A stretch of 64,000 nucleotides of DNA, taken from the NCBI GenBank assembly GCA_002471225.1, contig DKPO01000017.1, forward strand, positions 21,216 through 85,215. The letters run 5' to 3'. Positions within the stretch are counted from its first letter, which is position 1. Every line of letters starts with the position of its first letter. Both the position numbers and the translations under genes were made by a program. This stretch comes from Porphyromonadaceae bacterium UBA7332 (GTDB taxonomy: Bacteria; Bacteroidota; Bacteroidia; Bacteroidales; UBA7332). Shown here one piece after another: positions 9,804 through 20,076 of this stretch. Below the pieces are notes generated by a model. The model ran no database searches and had not been told where the DNA came from. It was given only the letters and a program-made list of their open reading frames with translations.

Positions 9804-11609
9804 ATGGAATTTGAATCGATAGTAGTTTTAGTTGTCCTCTGCGGTCTGATAATCACTTTGGCTTTAGATAAAATGCGTCCGGGATTATTATTTTTCTCGG
9901 CTGTTATTTTATTGATGTTGACAGGAACGATTTCAGCGCAAGAAGCGTTAGCAGGTTTCAGTAATAAGGGGATGATAACAGTAGCAATCTTGTTTCTGGT
10001 AAGTGAAGGGGTAAGAAGATCCGGAGCTTTGAACAAGATAATACGTATGATTCTTCCTTCAAAGAAAGGGTCTATAGGTGGATCTCTGGCTCAGGTTTTA
10101 CCTCCGATTGCCGGAATCTCGGCTTTTTTGAACAATACGGCGGTAGTCGTTATTTTTGCTCCGATCATTAAGAAATGGTCTGAACATATTAATATGCCGG
10201 CTACCAAATTTCTGATCCCTCTTTCCTATGCAACTATTCTGGGAGGTGTGTGTACGCTGATAGGTACTTCCACAAACCTGGTAGTAAATGGGATGATTGT
10301 CGATCAGGGGTTTAGAAGTCTGGGGTTGTTTGAGCTAGGGAAAGTAGGTTTGCCGATAACTTTTGTAGGGCTGATTTACTTAATTGTTGCTTCTAAATGG
10401 TTACTACCCGGAAAACTCACTTCAGCAGATCAACTGGCAGACCGTAAAGAATATGCCTATAATATGAATGTACTGCCCGGCAGTATGTTTATAGGTCAGA
10501 CGATAGAGAATGGTAAGCTGAGTCTTCTTCAGCAATTTGAAGTTCGCTCTTTGATTCGGGACGGAGAGCATATTCTTCTGGAACAAATGCGCATTGCCAT
10601 CCGGGAGAATGATCAGTTGGTATTGGGGGGAAAACATGGTTCTCTGGCTCAATTGGTAGCTACAGAAGGTATAGAGTTCAATTGTTTGTCTGATCTGGAA
10701 CGCGATTTTGTATCCAAAAAAGCGATAAAACAAGTCGAAGCTGTATTAGGTCCCCGCTTTCCGGGTATCGGAAAAACACTGGGAGAATTTGACTTTTACC
10801 GTCACTATGGGGCAGTAGTTATGTCCGTACATCGTAATGGTGAAATAATCTCGGTAGGGTTAAGTGATCTGGTACTGAAAGAGGGCGATAATCTGGTCGT
10901 TCTTACAGACGGAACCTTCATTCCTACCTGGGGCGACTCTTCCGTATTTCTGTTGTTATCCGATGTTGGCGACTTTTCCATTCCCGGTAATAAAACACAA
11001 CGCTGGATTTCAGTCGGTTTGGTTGTGCTGATGATTATCGGAGCAGCTTTAGGCGAATTTTTACCTAAAATGGACGGTGTCAAATTTGACATGTTCTTTT
11101 TTGCCGCTTTTACGATGGTAATAATGGCCTGGACAAAGATTATTCCGACTCAGAATTATACGAAGTTTATCAATTGGGATATACTAATCACAATTGCCTG
11201 TGCTTTTGGTATAAGTAAGGCGATGATGAATTCGGGAATAGCCGATTCGATTGCACATCAGATTATATCTATAGCTTCAGGTTATGGGCCGTTCGCCATT
11301 CTGGCTGCTGTATATATCATTACCAATATCTTTACAGAAGTCATTACGAACAATGCGGCAGCGGCTTTATGTTTCCCTATATCGCTATCCGTAGCCAATC
11401 AAATGGGAATTGATCCGACTCCGCTTTTTGTGACGATATGTATTGCTGCATCGGCAAGTTTCGCTACACCGATTGGTTATCAAACCAATTTGATTGTACA
11501 AAGTGTCGGAAACTATAAGTTTTCCGATTATCTGAAGATAGGTATTCCTCTGAATATTATTGTATTTATTTTATCTATCATCTTGATTCCGATGATTTGG
11601 GAGTTTTAG
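9804..11609 (+). CDS. SLC13/DASS family anion permease with two central TrkA-C (RCK_C) domains; likely sulfate or other anion transporter
   Basis: 601 aa. Polytopic hydrophobic N- and C-terminal halves flank a soluble region of about 170 aa containing two G.TIxE...L...F.V..I.R-type repeats. It is embedded between cysQ and cysC. Confidence 0.8.
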   Translation: MEFESIVVLVVLCGLIITLALDKMRPGLLFFSAVILLMLTGTISAQEALAGFSNKGMITVAILFLVSEGVRRSGALNKIIRMILPSKKGSIGGSLAQVLPPIAGISAFLNNTAVVVIFAPIIKKWSEHINMPATKFLIPLSYATILGGVCTLIGTSTNLVVNGMIVDQGFRSLGLFELGKVGLPITFVGLIYLIVASKWLLPGKLTSADQLADRKEYAYNMNVLPGSMFIGQTIENGKLSLLQQFEVRSLIRDGEHILLEQMRIAIRENDQLVLGGKHGSLAQLVATEGIEFNCLSDLERDFVSKKAIKQVEAVLGPRFPGIGKTLGEFDFYRHYGAVVMSVHRNGEIISVGLSDLVLKEGDNLVVLTDGTFIPTWGDSSVFLLLSDVGDFSIPGNKTQRWISVGLVVLMIIGAALGEFLPKMDGVKFDMFFFAAFTMVIMAWTKIIPTQNYTKFINWDILITIACAFGISKAMMNSGIADSIAHQIISIASGYGPFAILAAVYIITNIFTEVITNNAAAALCFPISLSVANQMGIDPTPLFVTICIAASASFATPIGYQTNLIVQSVGNYKFSDYLKIGIPLNIIVFILSIILIPMIWEF

Positions 11610-11643
11610 AAACCGAATTTAAAGATTACGAAATAAACAGTTT

Positions 11644-12246
11644 ATGAACGAAAATCATATTTATCCCATCTTTGATCGTATGCTCCAACGTAGCGATCGG
11701 GAAGATTTGCTGAAACAGAAAGGAATGATGATCTGGTTCACAGGTCTTTCAGGATCGGGTAAAAGTACATTAGCTATTGCATTGGAAAGAGAACTTCATC
11801 AGCGCGGTATTCTGTGTCGTATTTTAGATGGCGACAATATCCGTTCGGGTATTAACAATAATCTGGGCTTCTCGAATGAAGACCGTATTGAGAACATCCG
11901 TCGTATAGCTGAAGTTTCGAAGTTATTTGTTGATACCGGAGTAGTAACATTAGCTGCATTTATTAGTCCTACCAATGATATTCGTCAGTTAGCAACCAAT
12001 ATTATCGGACGCGAAGACTTTATAGAAGTATTTGTAGATACTCCTTTGAGTGTTTGTGAAGAACGAGATGTAAAAGGTCTGTATAAAAAGGCGCGTGCGG
12101 GCGAGATCAAGGAATTTACAGGTATCAGCTCTCCATTCGAAGCACCTGAAAATCCTGATTTAAGTATAGATACTTCAGCACAAAGTCTGGAAGAGTCAGT
12201 TAAACAACTGCTAGCCTATATTTTACCCAAATTAAATAGAAACTAA
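11644..12246 (+). CDS. cysC: adenylyl-sulfate kinase
   Basis: P-loop [21 protein letters not shown] and ISP motifs in 200 aa. Confidence 0.95.
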   Translation: MNENHIYPIFDRMLQRSDREDLLKQKGMMIWFTGLSGSGKSTLAIALERELHQRGILCRILDGDNIRSGINNNLGFSNEDRIENIRRIAEVSKLFVDTGVVTLAAFISPTNDIRQLATNIIGREDFIEVFVDTPLSVCEERDVKGLYKKARAGEIKEFTGISSPFEAPENPDLSIDTSAQSLEESVKQLLAYILPKLNRN

Positions 12247-12262
12247 TTACACACTTATCATA

Positions 12263-13171
12263 ATGTCTGATTACAATTTAAGCCACTTACGTCAGCTCGA
12301 AGCTGAATCAATTCACATTATTCGTGAGGTGGTAGCGGAATTTGAAAATCCGGTGATGCTTTACTCTATTGGTAAAGACTCTTCGGTAATGGTTCGTCTG
12401 GCAGAGAAAGCATTTGCTCCCGGTAAGGTGCCATTCCCATTGATGCATATCGATTCGAAATGGAAATTCAAAGAAATGATTGAATTTCGTGACCAGTATG
12501 CTAAAGAGCATGGTTGGGACTTGATCGTAGAGCATAACGAGGAAGCTTTCAAAGCAGGTGTAGGACCTTTTACTCACGGAAGTAAGGTTCATACTGACTT
12601 AATGAAAACAAAGGCATTACTTGCAGCTTTGGATAAACATAAGTTTGATGCAGCTTTCGGCGGCGCAAGACGTGATGAAGAGAAATCTCGTGCGAAAGAG
12701 CGTATTTACTCTTTCCGTGATAAATTCCACCAATGGGATCCGAAAAACCAACGTCCAGAGTTATGGGATATTTATAATGCGAAAGTTCATAAAGGTGAAT
12801 CTATTCGTGTTTTCCCGCTTTCAAACTGGACTGAATTAGATATCTGGCAATATATACGTTTAGAGAATATTCCGATCGTTCCTTTGTATTATGCAAAAGA
12901 GCGTCCGGTTGTAAACATGGATGGAAACTTAATCATGGCTGATGATGATCGTATGCCTCAGGAGCTACGTGATAAAGCCGAAATGAAAATGGTACGTTTC
13001 CGTACATTAGGTTGTTATCCGCTTACCGGAGCTATCGAGTCTGAAGCAGATACAATCGAAAGTATTGTTGAAGAGATGATGACGACAACTAAGTCTGAAC
13101 GTACGACTCGTGTGATCGATTTCGATCAGGAAGCGAGTATGGAACAAAAGAAACGTGAAGGTTATTTCTAA
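12263..13171 (+). CDS. cysD: sulfate adenylyltransferase subunit 2
   Basis: PAPS-reductase-fold PP-loop [10 protein letters not shown], plus [16 protein letters not shown] and [11 protein letters not shown]; 302 aa. Confidence 0.95.
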   Translation: MSDYNLSHLRQLEAESIHIIREVVAEFENPVMLYSIGKDSSVMVRLAEKAFAPGKVPFPLMHIDSKWKFKEMIEFRDQYAKEHGWDLIVEHNEEAFKAGVGPFTHGSKVHTDLMKTKALLAALDKHKFDAAFGGARRDEEKSRAKERIYSFRDKFHQWDPKNQRPELWDIYNAKVHKGESIRVFPLSNWTELDIWQYIRLENIPIVPLYYAKERPVVNMDGNLIMADDDRMPQELRDKAEMKMVRFRTLGCYPLTGAIESEADTIESIVEEMMTTTKSERTTRVIDFDQEASMEQKKREGYF

Positions 13172-13189
13172 GATTCAAAGTCAAAGCAA

Positions 13190-14926
13190 ATGAGTACAAA
13201 ATTAAATATTACTGAGTTTCTTGATCAGGACGAAAAGAAAGACCTTCTTCGTCTGCTTACTGCCGGTTCGGTAGATGATGGTAAATCAACATTGATCGGC
13301 CGTCTGTTATTTGATAGTAAGAAACTTTACGAAGATCAGCTGGATGCACTTGAGCGTGATAGCAAACGTGTAGGAAATGCAGGTGAAAACATTGATTATG
13401 CACTTCTTCTGGATGGCTTGAAAGCCGAAAGAGAGCAAGGGATCACGATTGATGTTGCTTACCGTTATTTCTCTACGAATAAACGTAAGTTTATTATTGC
13501 TGACACTCCGGGTCATGAACAATATACGCGTAATATGATTACCGGAGGTTCGACTGCGAACTTGGCAATCATTCTTGTAGATGCCCGTACAGGGGTTATT
13601 ACGCAAACTCGTCGCCACTCTTTCTTAATTTCTCTGTTAGGAATTAAACACGTAGTTCTGGCGGTTAACAAAATGGATTTAGTAGACTATAATCAGGAGG
13701 TTTTTGATAACATCGTTGCTGATTATCGTAAGTTTGCTGAGCCTCTTGGTATTCCTGATATTCATTGTATTCCATTATCAGCCTTAAACGGAGATAATGT
13801 AGTAGAATTATCAGACAACATGCCTTGGTATAAAGGTACTCCTCTGTTAGAGTATATCGAGACTATCAAGATTGATGCAGACCACAACTTTAAGAACTTC
13901 CGTTATCCGGTACAGTATGTACTTCGTCCGAATCTTGACTTCCGCGGATTTTGTGGAAAAGTAGCTTCGGGTGTTGTGCGTAAAGGTGATGAAGTTATGG
14001 CATTACCTTCAGGGCGGGTATCCCGCGTGAAAGGAATCCATACTTATGAAGGAGAAATTGATTACGCTTTCCCTCCGCAGTCAGTTACGATTACGCTGGA
14101 AGATGAAATTGACGTTTCTCGTGGAGAAATGTTAGTACATCCGAATGATCTGCCTCGTGTAGAGCGCGACTTCGAAGCGATGCTGGTATGGATGGATGAA
14201 AATGCAATGGATCCGAACCAACAGTTCTTTATCAAGCATACAACGAATCTGAGTCGTGTCCGTATTGACAATATCCAGTATAAGGTAGATGTAAATACGA
14301 TGGAACAATCGGCTACAGACCGTTTAAGTCTGAACGAGATTGGTCGTGTAACCTTTACTTCAAACAAGCCTTTATTCTTTGATCCGTACAAAGAGAATAA
14401 GAGCTGTGGCTCATTTATTCTGATTGACCCGATAACGAATAACACATGTGCTGTAGGGATGATTATCGACAAAGTAGATAACTCACGTAAAACAGTACTT
14501 AGCGAAAGCGAAATCGCAGAAATGCGTAAAGGCCTGTCTTCTATTCAGTCGCAAGATCGCGAATCACAGTTGAATCAAAAAGGATGTACTTTCTGGTTCC
14601 ACGGAGCTGATCGTGCTTTAGTGAATGAAGTAGCTTTTACAATGGAAAGAAGATTGTTTGATGCAGGAAAAACTGTTGTAGTCCTACCTTCAGGTCAGAA
14701 TATTATTCAGTCAACCATCTTGTTCAATATATTGAATGAGCAGGGTATTATCGTTATCAGCACTTCAGATGCATTGTCAGAAGAAAACCAAACGATGATT
14801 GATGATATGAGCAATAAAGAACGTATGCATGTATTAACTGTTGATGCATCATTGATCGGAAGCGATTTTGCTGCTTATTTGCAAGAGCTTACCAATGCAG
14901 TAAATGAACTAATCCAAGCTGATTAA
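13190..14926 (+). CDS. cysN: sulfate adenylyltransferase subunit 1 (GTPase) with C-terminal degenerate APS-kinase-like domain
   Basis: GTPase motifs [14 protein letters not shown] and NKMD with an EF-Tu-like domain II/III up to about aa 428. Residues 430-578 align by eye to the window's own CysC, but the P-loop is replaced. Confidence 0.9.
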   Translation: MSTKLNITEFLDQDEKKDLLRLLTAGSVDDGKSTLIGRLLFDSKKLYEDQLDALERDSKRVGNAGENIDYALLLDGLKAEREQGITIDVAYRYFSTNKRKFIIADTPGHEQYTRNMITGGSTANLAIILVDARTGVITQTRRHSFLISLLGIKHVVLAVNKMDLVDYNQEVFDNIVADYRKFAEPLGIPDIHCIPLSALNGDNVVELSDNMPWYKGTPLLEYIETIKIDADHNFKNFRYPVQYVLRPNLDFRGFCGKVASGVVRKGDEVMALPSGRVSRVKGIHTYEGEIDYAFPPQSVTITLEDEIDVSRGEMLVHPNDLPRVERDFEAMLVWMDENAMDPNQQFFIKHTTNLSRVRIDNIQYKVDVNTMEQSATDRLSLNEIGRVTFTSNKPLFFDPYKENKSCGSFILIDPITNNTCAVGMIIDKVDNSRKTVLSESEIAEMRKGLSSIQSQDRESQLNQKGCTFWFHGADRALVNEVAFTMERRLFDAGKTVVVLPSGQNIIQSTILFNILNEQGIIVISTSDALSEENQTMIDDMSNKERMHVLTVDASLIGSDFAAYLQELTNAVNELIQAD

Positions 14927-14931
14927 GAAGA

Positions 14932-16044
14932 ATGGGAAAACTAAAATTTCAAGATTTGCCGATAACGCCCCTTGTTGGTGCTCATTGGAGCACGTTCAAC
15001 GAGATTATGAAAAATCGCCAGATCGATAAGAATTATAAGAAGAAATATTATCTGACAAAAGGAATTTGTCGTATTCTTAGCCTGCTTGCTCCGCTTGAAG
15101 AGCGTAAGTATAAGAAACTTCTGGCTGATAAGCCTCTGGAAATGGATCCGGTTTTTATCTTGGGACATTGGCGAAGCGGAACAACTTTTGTTCATAACGT
15201 TTTGTCTTGCGATAAACATTTCGGATACAATACAACTTATCAGACGGTATTTCCTAATCTGGTGCTTTGGGGACAAGGTTTCTTTAAAAAGCAGATGGCT
15301 TGGTTAATGCCAGATAAACGTCCGACGGATAATATGGAGTTAAAGGTGGATTTGCCACAGGAAGAGGAGTTTGCTCTTTCAAATATGATTCCGTATACTT
15401 ACTATAACTTCTGGTTCTTGCCGAAATATACACAAGAATACAGCAAACGGTATTTACTTTTTGAAGATTTGACTCAGGAAGAGAATAAAGTATTTAAGGA
15501 TGCATTTCTGAAACTGATCAAGATATCCTTGTGGAATACAAAAGGGACACAATTCCTTTCTAAAAATCCACCGCACACAGGGCGAATCCCTCAATTGCTG
15601 GAGATGTTCCCGAATGCAAAGTTTATCTATCTGGCTCGTAATCCTTACACGGTGTTTGAATCGACTCGTAGTTTCTTTACGAATACGATTCAGCCATTGA
15701 AACTTCAGGATATATCTGAACAGGAAATTGAAGATAACATCCTAAAAATTTATACGGATCTTTTCAATAAATACGAGAAAGATAAAGAGCTTATTCCGGC
15801 AGGAAATTTGATCGAAGTGAAATTCGAAGATTTCGAAGCAGATGCAATGGGTATGACAGAGAGAATCTATCAGGAGTTGAATATTCCGGGATTAGAGGAA
15901 GCTCGTCCGGCTATTGAAAAGTATTTGTCTAAGAAAAAAGGATACAAAAAGAATCAGTATAAATACGATGATCGCACAGTAGAGTTGGTTAATAAAAACT
16001 GGGCTTTTGCTTTAGATCGTTGGGGATATGACCTGAATAAGTAA
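14932..16044 (+). CDS. PAPS-dependent sulfotransferase family protein (substrate unknown)
   Basis: 5'-phosphosulfate-binding loop GHWRSGTTFVHNVL and a 3'-phosphate-binding-like YLARNPYTVFES. It starts 5 nt after the cysN stop. Confidence 0.8.
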   Translation: MGKLKFQDLPITPLVGAHWSTFNEIMKNRQIDKNYKKKYYLTKGICRILSLLAPLEERKYKKLLADKPLEMDPVFILGHWRSGTTFVHNVLSCDKHFGYNTTYQTVFPNLVLWGQGFFKKQMAWLMPDKRPTDNMELKVDLPQEEEFALSNMIPYTYYNFWFLPKYTQEYSKRYLLFEDLTQEENKVFKDAFLKLIKISLWNTKGTQFLSKNPPHTGRIPQLLEMFPNAKFIYLARNPYTVFESTRSFFTNTIQPLKLQDISEQEIEDNILKIYTDLFNKYEKDKELIPAGNLIEVKFEDFEADAMGMTERIYQELNIPGLEEARPAIEKYLSKKKGYKKNQYKYDDRTVELVNKNWAFALDRWGYDLNK

Positions 16045-16047
16045 TAA

Positions 16048-16090
16048 AAAAGGCACTTGGAATTTACTTCTGAGTGCCTTTTGTTTTTTA
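16048..16090 (+). terminator. intrinsic terminator of the sulfation operon
   Basis: AAGGCACT...AGTGCCTT hairpin followed by TTTGTTTTTT. Confidence 0.75.
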
Positions 16091-16177
16091 TGACTATATG
16101 TAGTTTGTAATTCACTGTACTTTAATATATTAAAGCTGTAAATATTCCGTATATTAAGTGTTAATAATTCTTTTCTG

Positions 16178-16251
16178 TAGGTCGCACTAAATTGCGGTGT
16201 ACATCGCGCAATTGTGCGACCTACTTCGCAATTTAGTGCGACGTACATCGC
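16178..16251. repeat. nested/alternative inverted repeats between two convergent terminators
   Basis: GTAGGTCGCAC (16178-88) pairs with GTGCGACCTAC. GTCGCACTAAATTGCG (16181-96) pairs perfectly with CGCAATTTAGTGCGAC (16226-41). GTACATCGC occurs twice as a direct repeat. Confidence 0.7.
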
Positions 16252-16393
16252 CTTCTTTAATAAGCTGCTTTTAAATATTAATATCACTATACTTTATATT
16301 GTTTCCTCTACTAAGTAAATTAATATTGACTATTCTGTCCGAAAGATATTGAGAAGAAGACTTCCTGATAATCTATCGGTCTCTATATAAACC

Positions 16394-16440
16394 AAACAGC
16401 AGGACTGAATCCTTATAGAGGAAATCAGCCCTGCTGTTTT
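16394..16440 (-). terminator. hairpin terminator downstream of the pseudouridine synthase gene
   Basis: AAACAGCAGGACTGA...TCAGCCCTGCTGTTT hairpin. It is T-rich on both sides and so potentially bidirectional. Confidence 0.65.
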
Positions 16441-16463
16441 ATGGAATTATTCTAATGGTTATA

Positions 16464-17357
16464 TTAAAATAACTGTTTGAATTTTTTAGGAACAGGAGTC
16501 GAGAAATACATTTCTTTGCCTGTTGTAGGATGAATAAACGCAAGTTCACAAGCATGTAACCCCATACGTCTGATCGGATTCATTTTAGAACCGTATTTGT
16601 CGTCACCGACAATTGGATGTCCGATTTCCTGCATATGCACACGGATCTGATTTTTCTTACCTGTGTCAAGCTTAACTTGCAGCATAGAGAAACTATCATT
16701 CCATTTAATTGTACGGAAATGCGTAACAGCTAATTCTCCGTCATCCGGATCTTTGCTTGAGTGCATCTTCATACTTTTCTTATTTTCCCACATGTAAGAA
16801 GAAATCGTATCTTCACGTTTTTCTAAGCTACCTTCAACAACAGCCAGATACGTACGCTCAGTAACCATTTTATCCCAGTTCTTCTGCATTTTTTCCTGTA
16901 CTTGCTGCGATTTAGCAAACATCATCAGACCTGAAGTATCACGATCTAATCTGTGAAGTACGAAAATACGGTTACGGGGATCTTCTGCTTTCACATAGCT
17001 TGAAAGAGTACTGTAGGCAGTAAGTTTCTTTTCTTTATCTGTCGCAATAGATAATACTCCAGCTTCCTTGTCAACAACAATAATGTCGCGATCTTCATAA
17101 ACGATTTGTAACCCTTTTACGATTGGTTTACGATGTGAAGGTTCTCCTACGAATACCCAGTCTCCTACATTTAAAGCAAAGTTAAATTGAGAAACAGTTT
17201 GTTTGTTGACACGGATCTGTTTATGAGACAGAAGTGATTTTACAGAGTTTCGGCTTTTGCCCGGAAACATCTTCATCAGGAAAGACATTAATTCGTCAGC
17301 TTGTCTGACTTCGAAACATAATTCTTTACCCGGATTCTTTTTTTTATTTTTGTTCAT
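16464..17357 (-). CDS. RluA-family pseudouridine synthase with N-terminal S4 domain
   Basis: Catalytic motif HRLDRDTSGLMMFAK, a KNQIRVH motif and an N-terminal S4-like RNA-binding segment; 297 aa. Confidence 0.9.
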   Translation of the reverse strand: MNKNKKKNPGKELCFEVRQADELMSFLMKMFPGKSRNSVKSLLSHKQIRVNKQTVSQFNFALNVGDWVFVGEPSHRKPIVKGLQIVYEDRDIIVVDKEAGVLSIATDKEKKLTAYSTLSSYVKAEDPRNRIFVLHRLDRDTSGLMMFAKSQQVQEKMQKNWDKMVTERTYLAVVEGSLEKREDTISSYMWENKKSMKMHSSKDPDDGELAVTHFRTIKWNDSFSMLQVKLDTGKKNQIRVHMQEIGHPIVGDDKYGSKMNPIRRMGLHACELAFIHPTTGKEMYFSTPVPKKFKQLF

Positions 17358-19203
17358 TGTCTTTGTATATTCTCATTTCGCACTGTTTACAATCAAATTC
17401 AAGTCGTAAACGTGTTGATTTATTTACCAGAAATAACGGCTCTTTAAGCTTCTCTTTATTTCCTTTTATTTTAGAGCAGCATCCTAACGAATAGCGGATG
17501 CAATGTTTCATAAACATAAGAGGTACGTTTTCCTGAGATTCGATCTCAAACGCGGGTTGTATACGCGTAAAACCTCTTTGTTGATAGAATGCTTTCGCAG
17601 CCTGATTTGAAACATTTGCCAGATAGCTTAGTTCTTCCTTTTGAGGGGATGAATCAGCAGCTGTTTTTTTGCGTAGATCTCTTAAGCTCTGCGGATGAGT
17701 AATCCGTCGGGCTTCGATGAGTTTATCTATTAACTGTCTACGCCAATCTGCCAGTTTCGATGCCGGGAAAAAGAATTCCTCCGTAAAGTCAATTTCAACG
17801 GAGTCAGCCGTGAATATCGTCGTTCCTAACTTAGATAACTGATCAGTTATATTTTTGATTTGTGGCTTTTGAGCCGTTTGCTTTTCTTCCTGGATAACAA
17901 GTGTAGCACGAACTCCGTCGCTGTCTGTTGCTTCCAATGTAAATCCGAACGGATTCTCTTTTAAAGAAATGGCTACCGGTATTTTTCGCTCGGCAGACTT
18001 CTTAGCTAATGTTTTTTCAAACTCATGATCATAATTACGATAGAGTCTGGCTCCTTTGGCAAAAGGTATCGCTTTCATATCAGGAGAAAGATAAATACGA
18101 TTTCCTTCAACACGGTTTGCCCGGAATCCAAAGAATTCTTCGCGATCATTGATAAAACAGAATCCATCACCATTGTTAAGGATAGCAGTCCCTGCAACAA
18201 CGATGCTTCCTTTTTCTATAAATTTGATTGTACCGACAGGTTCTCCTAATGATTTCGGTGTCTCAAAGTTATAATGTGGTGTTTTACCATTTATATCAAA
18301 ATAGTCGGTGAAACCTCGACTAAAACTTTTATGTGGGTTTGGTGTAAAATCAAATACAGATTTTCCGGATGAGGCTGCTGTGAATTCATCAGGACGTCTG
18401 GTGAAAATCTCGTCCAGCTTTTTTCGGTAAAAAGCGACGATATTTTTTACATAGGACATGTCTTTCAGTCTGCCTTCGATCTTTAAAGATGTCACGCCCG
18501 CATCGAGCATTTCTTCGAGCTTATCTGAGCGATTCATATCTTTCATAGAAAGTAAATGCTTATTTCTCAGAATTGCTTTACCATCAGCATCTACTAAGTC
18601 AAAAGGCAACCTGCATATTTGTGCACAGGCTCCTCTGTTGGCACTTCTGTTATGTAATGCCTGACTAACGAAACACTGACCGCTGTAACTTACACATAAG
18701 GCTCCGTGTATAAATACCTCAATGGGCGTTTTGACCTCACTGCAGATATGTGCAATCTCAGAAAGAGGAAGCTCTCTGGCGAGCACAATTTGTGAGAATC
18801 CGGCATTCTCTAATTCTTTGACTTTATCTAAAGTCCGGTTATCTGTTTGTGTACTTGCATGTAGTTCGATAGGAGGGAGGTCTAGAGATAGTATACCCAT
18901 ATCCTGGATAATGACAGCATCAACTCCTGCTTTATATAAATCCCGGATCATAGCCTCAGCTTCTTTCAGATCTTTGTCTTCAAGGATCGTATTGAGTGCC
19001 ACAAACACACGAGCTCTGTATTGTTTGGCGAATTGGGCTAATTTGGTGATTTCTTCTAATGAATTTCCTGCTGCAGCTCTGGCTCCGAATTTAGGAGCTC
19101 CGATATATACGGCATCAGCTCCGTGAATAATCGCTTCCATACCTATTTCGGCGTTCTTTGCCGGGGCAAGAAGCTCTATCTTACGAATCTTTTTCTTACT
19201 CAT
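17344..19203 (-). CDS. peptidase U32 family protein (long form)
   Basis: 619 aa with an N-terminal U32 core (ELLAPAKN...GADAVYIG...E.F.HGALC.SYSG.C) and a C-terminal extension. Overlaps the downstream gene by 14 nt. Confidence 0.85.
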   Translation of the reverse strand: MSKKKIRKIELLAPAKNAEIGMEAIIHGADAVYIGAPKFGARAAAGNSLEEITKLAQFAKQYRARVFVALNTILEDKDLKEAEAMIRDLYKAGVDAVIIQDMGILSLDLPPIELHASTQTDNRTLDKVKELENAGFSQIVLARELPLSEIAHICSEVKTPIEVFIHGALCVSYSGQCFVSQALHNRSANRGACAQICRLPFDLVDADGKAILRNKHLLSMKDMNRSDKLEEMLDAGVTSLKIEGRLKDMSYVKNIVAFYRKKLDEIFTRRPDEFTAASSGKSVFDFTPNPHKSFSRGFTDYFDINGKTPHYNFETPKSLGEPVGTIKFIEKGSIVVAGTAILNNGDGFCFINDREEFFGFRANRVEGNRIYLSPDMKAIPFAKGARLYRNYDHEFEKTLAKKSAERKIPVAISLKENPFGFTLEATDSDGVRATLVIQEEKQTAQKPQIKNITDQLSKLGTTIFTADSVEIDFTEEFFFPASKLADWRRQLIDKLIEARRITHPQSLRDLRKKTAADSSPQKEELSYLANVSNQAAKAFYQQRGFTRIQPAFEIESQENVPLMFMKHCIRYSLGCCSKIKGNKEKLKEPLFLVNKSTRLRLEFDCKQCEMRIYKDNEQK

Positions 19204-19359
19204 TTATTAGGCTTTAAATTTGTCTCTCCGACAAATCTTTTATTTAGTTGCAAAGATAATGTATTTGAACGATATGCTAATCAGAGAGAATATCAGTTTG
19301 CTGGCTTTAAACATAGTTTAAGTCTTTGATAATAGGGGAGATGCGCATTTTTGATAAAT

Positions 19360-19419
19360 AAAAAGAGTTTTCAACAATTAGTTTATAAGGATAAGTTATT
19401 AACAAATTGTTGAAAACTC
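19360..19419 (-). terminator. intrinsic terminator of the Lrp/AsnC gene
   Basis: Perfect 15-bp inverted repeat, GAGTTTTCAACAATT (19365-79) with AATTGTTGAAAACTC (19405-19), followed on the minus strand by TTTTTATTT. Confidence 0.65.
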
Positions 19420-19446
19420 GGCTATTTCAGGCTGTATTTAAACAGT

Positions 19447-19923
19447 TTAATCTTCGTTTGGAGCGTCCGGAATTGGTAATTGTCTTTTGAATGCTTCTTT
19501 GAAAGAGATTAAAGACTCAGTACCGGATAGACCGAGAGGCTGAAGTTTTGTATGAATGATTTCAAGCAAATGTTGATTGTTGCGTGCATATATTTTTATG
19601 AAAAGGTCATACTTACCTGTTGTGTAATGGCATTCCAAAACTTCAGGTATTTGAAAGAGTGCATCTACTACTTCAGAGAATCTGCTTGGATCTTTCAGGT
19701 ATAAACCCATAAAAGTACAGGTTTCATACCCTACCTTTGATGGTTCGATGGTAAACTCAGAGCCTGTAATGACTCCCATATTAATCAACTTTTGTACACG
19801 TTGATGTATGGCTGCACCGGAAACTCCGCATTCACGAGCTACTTCCAGAAATGGAACACGAGCGTTGCCAATAATGATTCGAAGGATTTTAACATCCAAA
19901 TTGTCTAATTGAAAAGAAGCCAT
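19447..19923 (-). CDS. Lrp/AsnC family transcriptional regulator
   Basis: MASFQLDNLDVKILRII...VPFLEVARECGVSGAAIHQRVQKL is an HTH_AsnC domain, followed by a C-terminal RAM/AsnC_trans_reg domain. The start was moved to the ATG at 19923. Confidence 0.9.
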   Translation of the reverse strand: MASFQLDNLDVKILRIIIGNARVPFLEVARECGVSGAAIHQRVQKLINMGVITGSEFTIEPSKVGYETCTFMGLYLKDPSRFSEVVDALFQIPEVLECHYTTGKYDLFIKIYARNNQHLLEIIHTKLQPLGLSGTESLISFKEAFKRQLPIPDAPNED

Positions 19924-20029
19924 AGGTTTTTTCGTTATAGTTATATACAAATATAGTAAAGAAAAGATGAATCTGTAAGAAATAAGGTTATAGTTTTTCG
20001 AGTATTATAATAAATATACGATCGGATAT

Positions 20030-20060
20030 AAAAAAAGCTGTTCCGAAGAACAGCTTTTTC
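20030..20060 (-). terminator. hairpin terminator after exbD
   Basis: AAAAAGCTGTTC-cgaa-GAACAGCTTTTT; symmetric A/T runs make it bidirectional. Confidence 0.7.
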
Positions 20061-20076
20061 ATATGTGAAATTGCGA

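Noticed and set aside
16012-16287. 91-aa minus-strand ORF spanning the sulfation-operon terminator and the palindromic element
   Set aside because: It runs through two hairpin structures and into the 3' end of the sulfotransferase gene, which makes it a likely shadow ORF.
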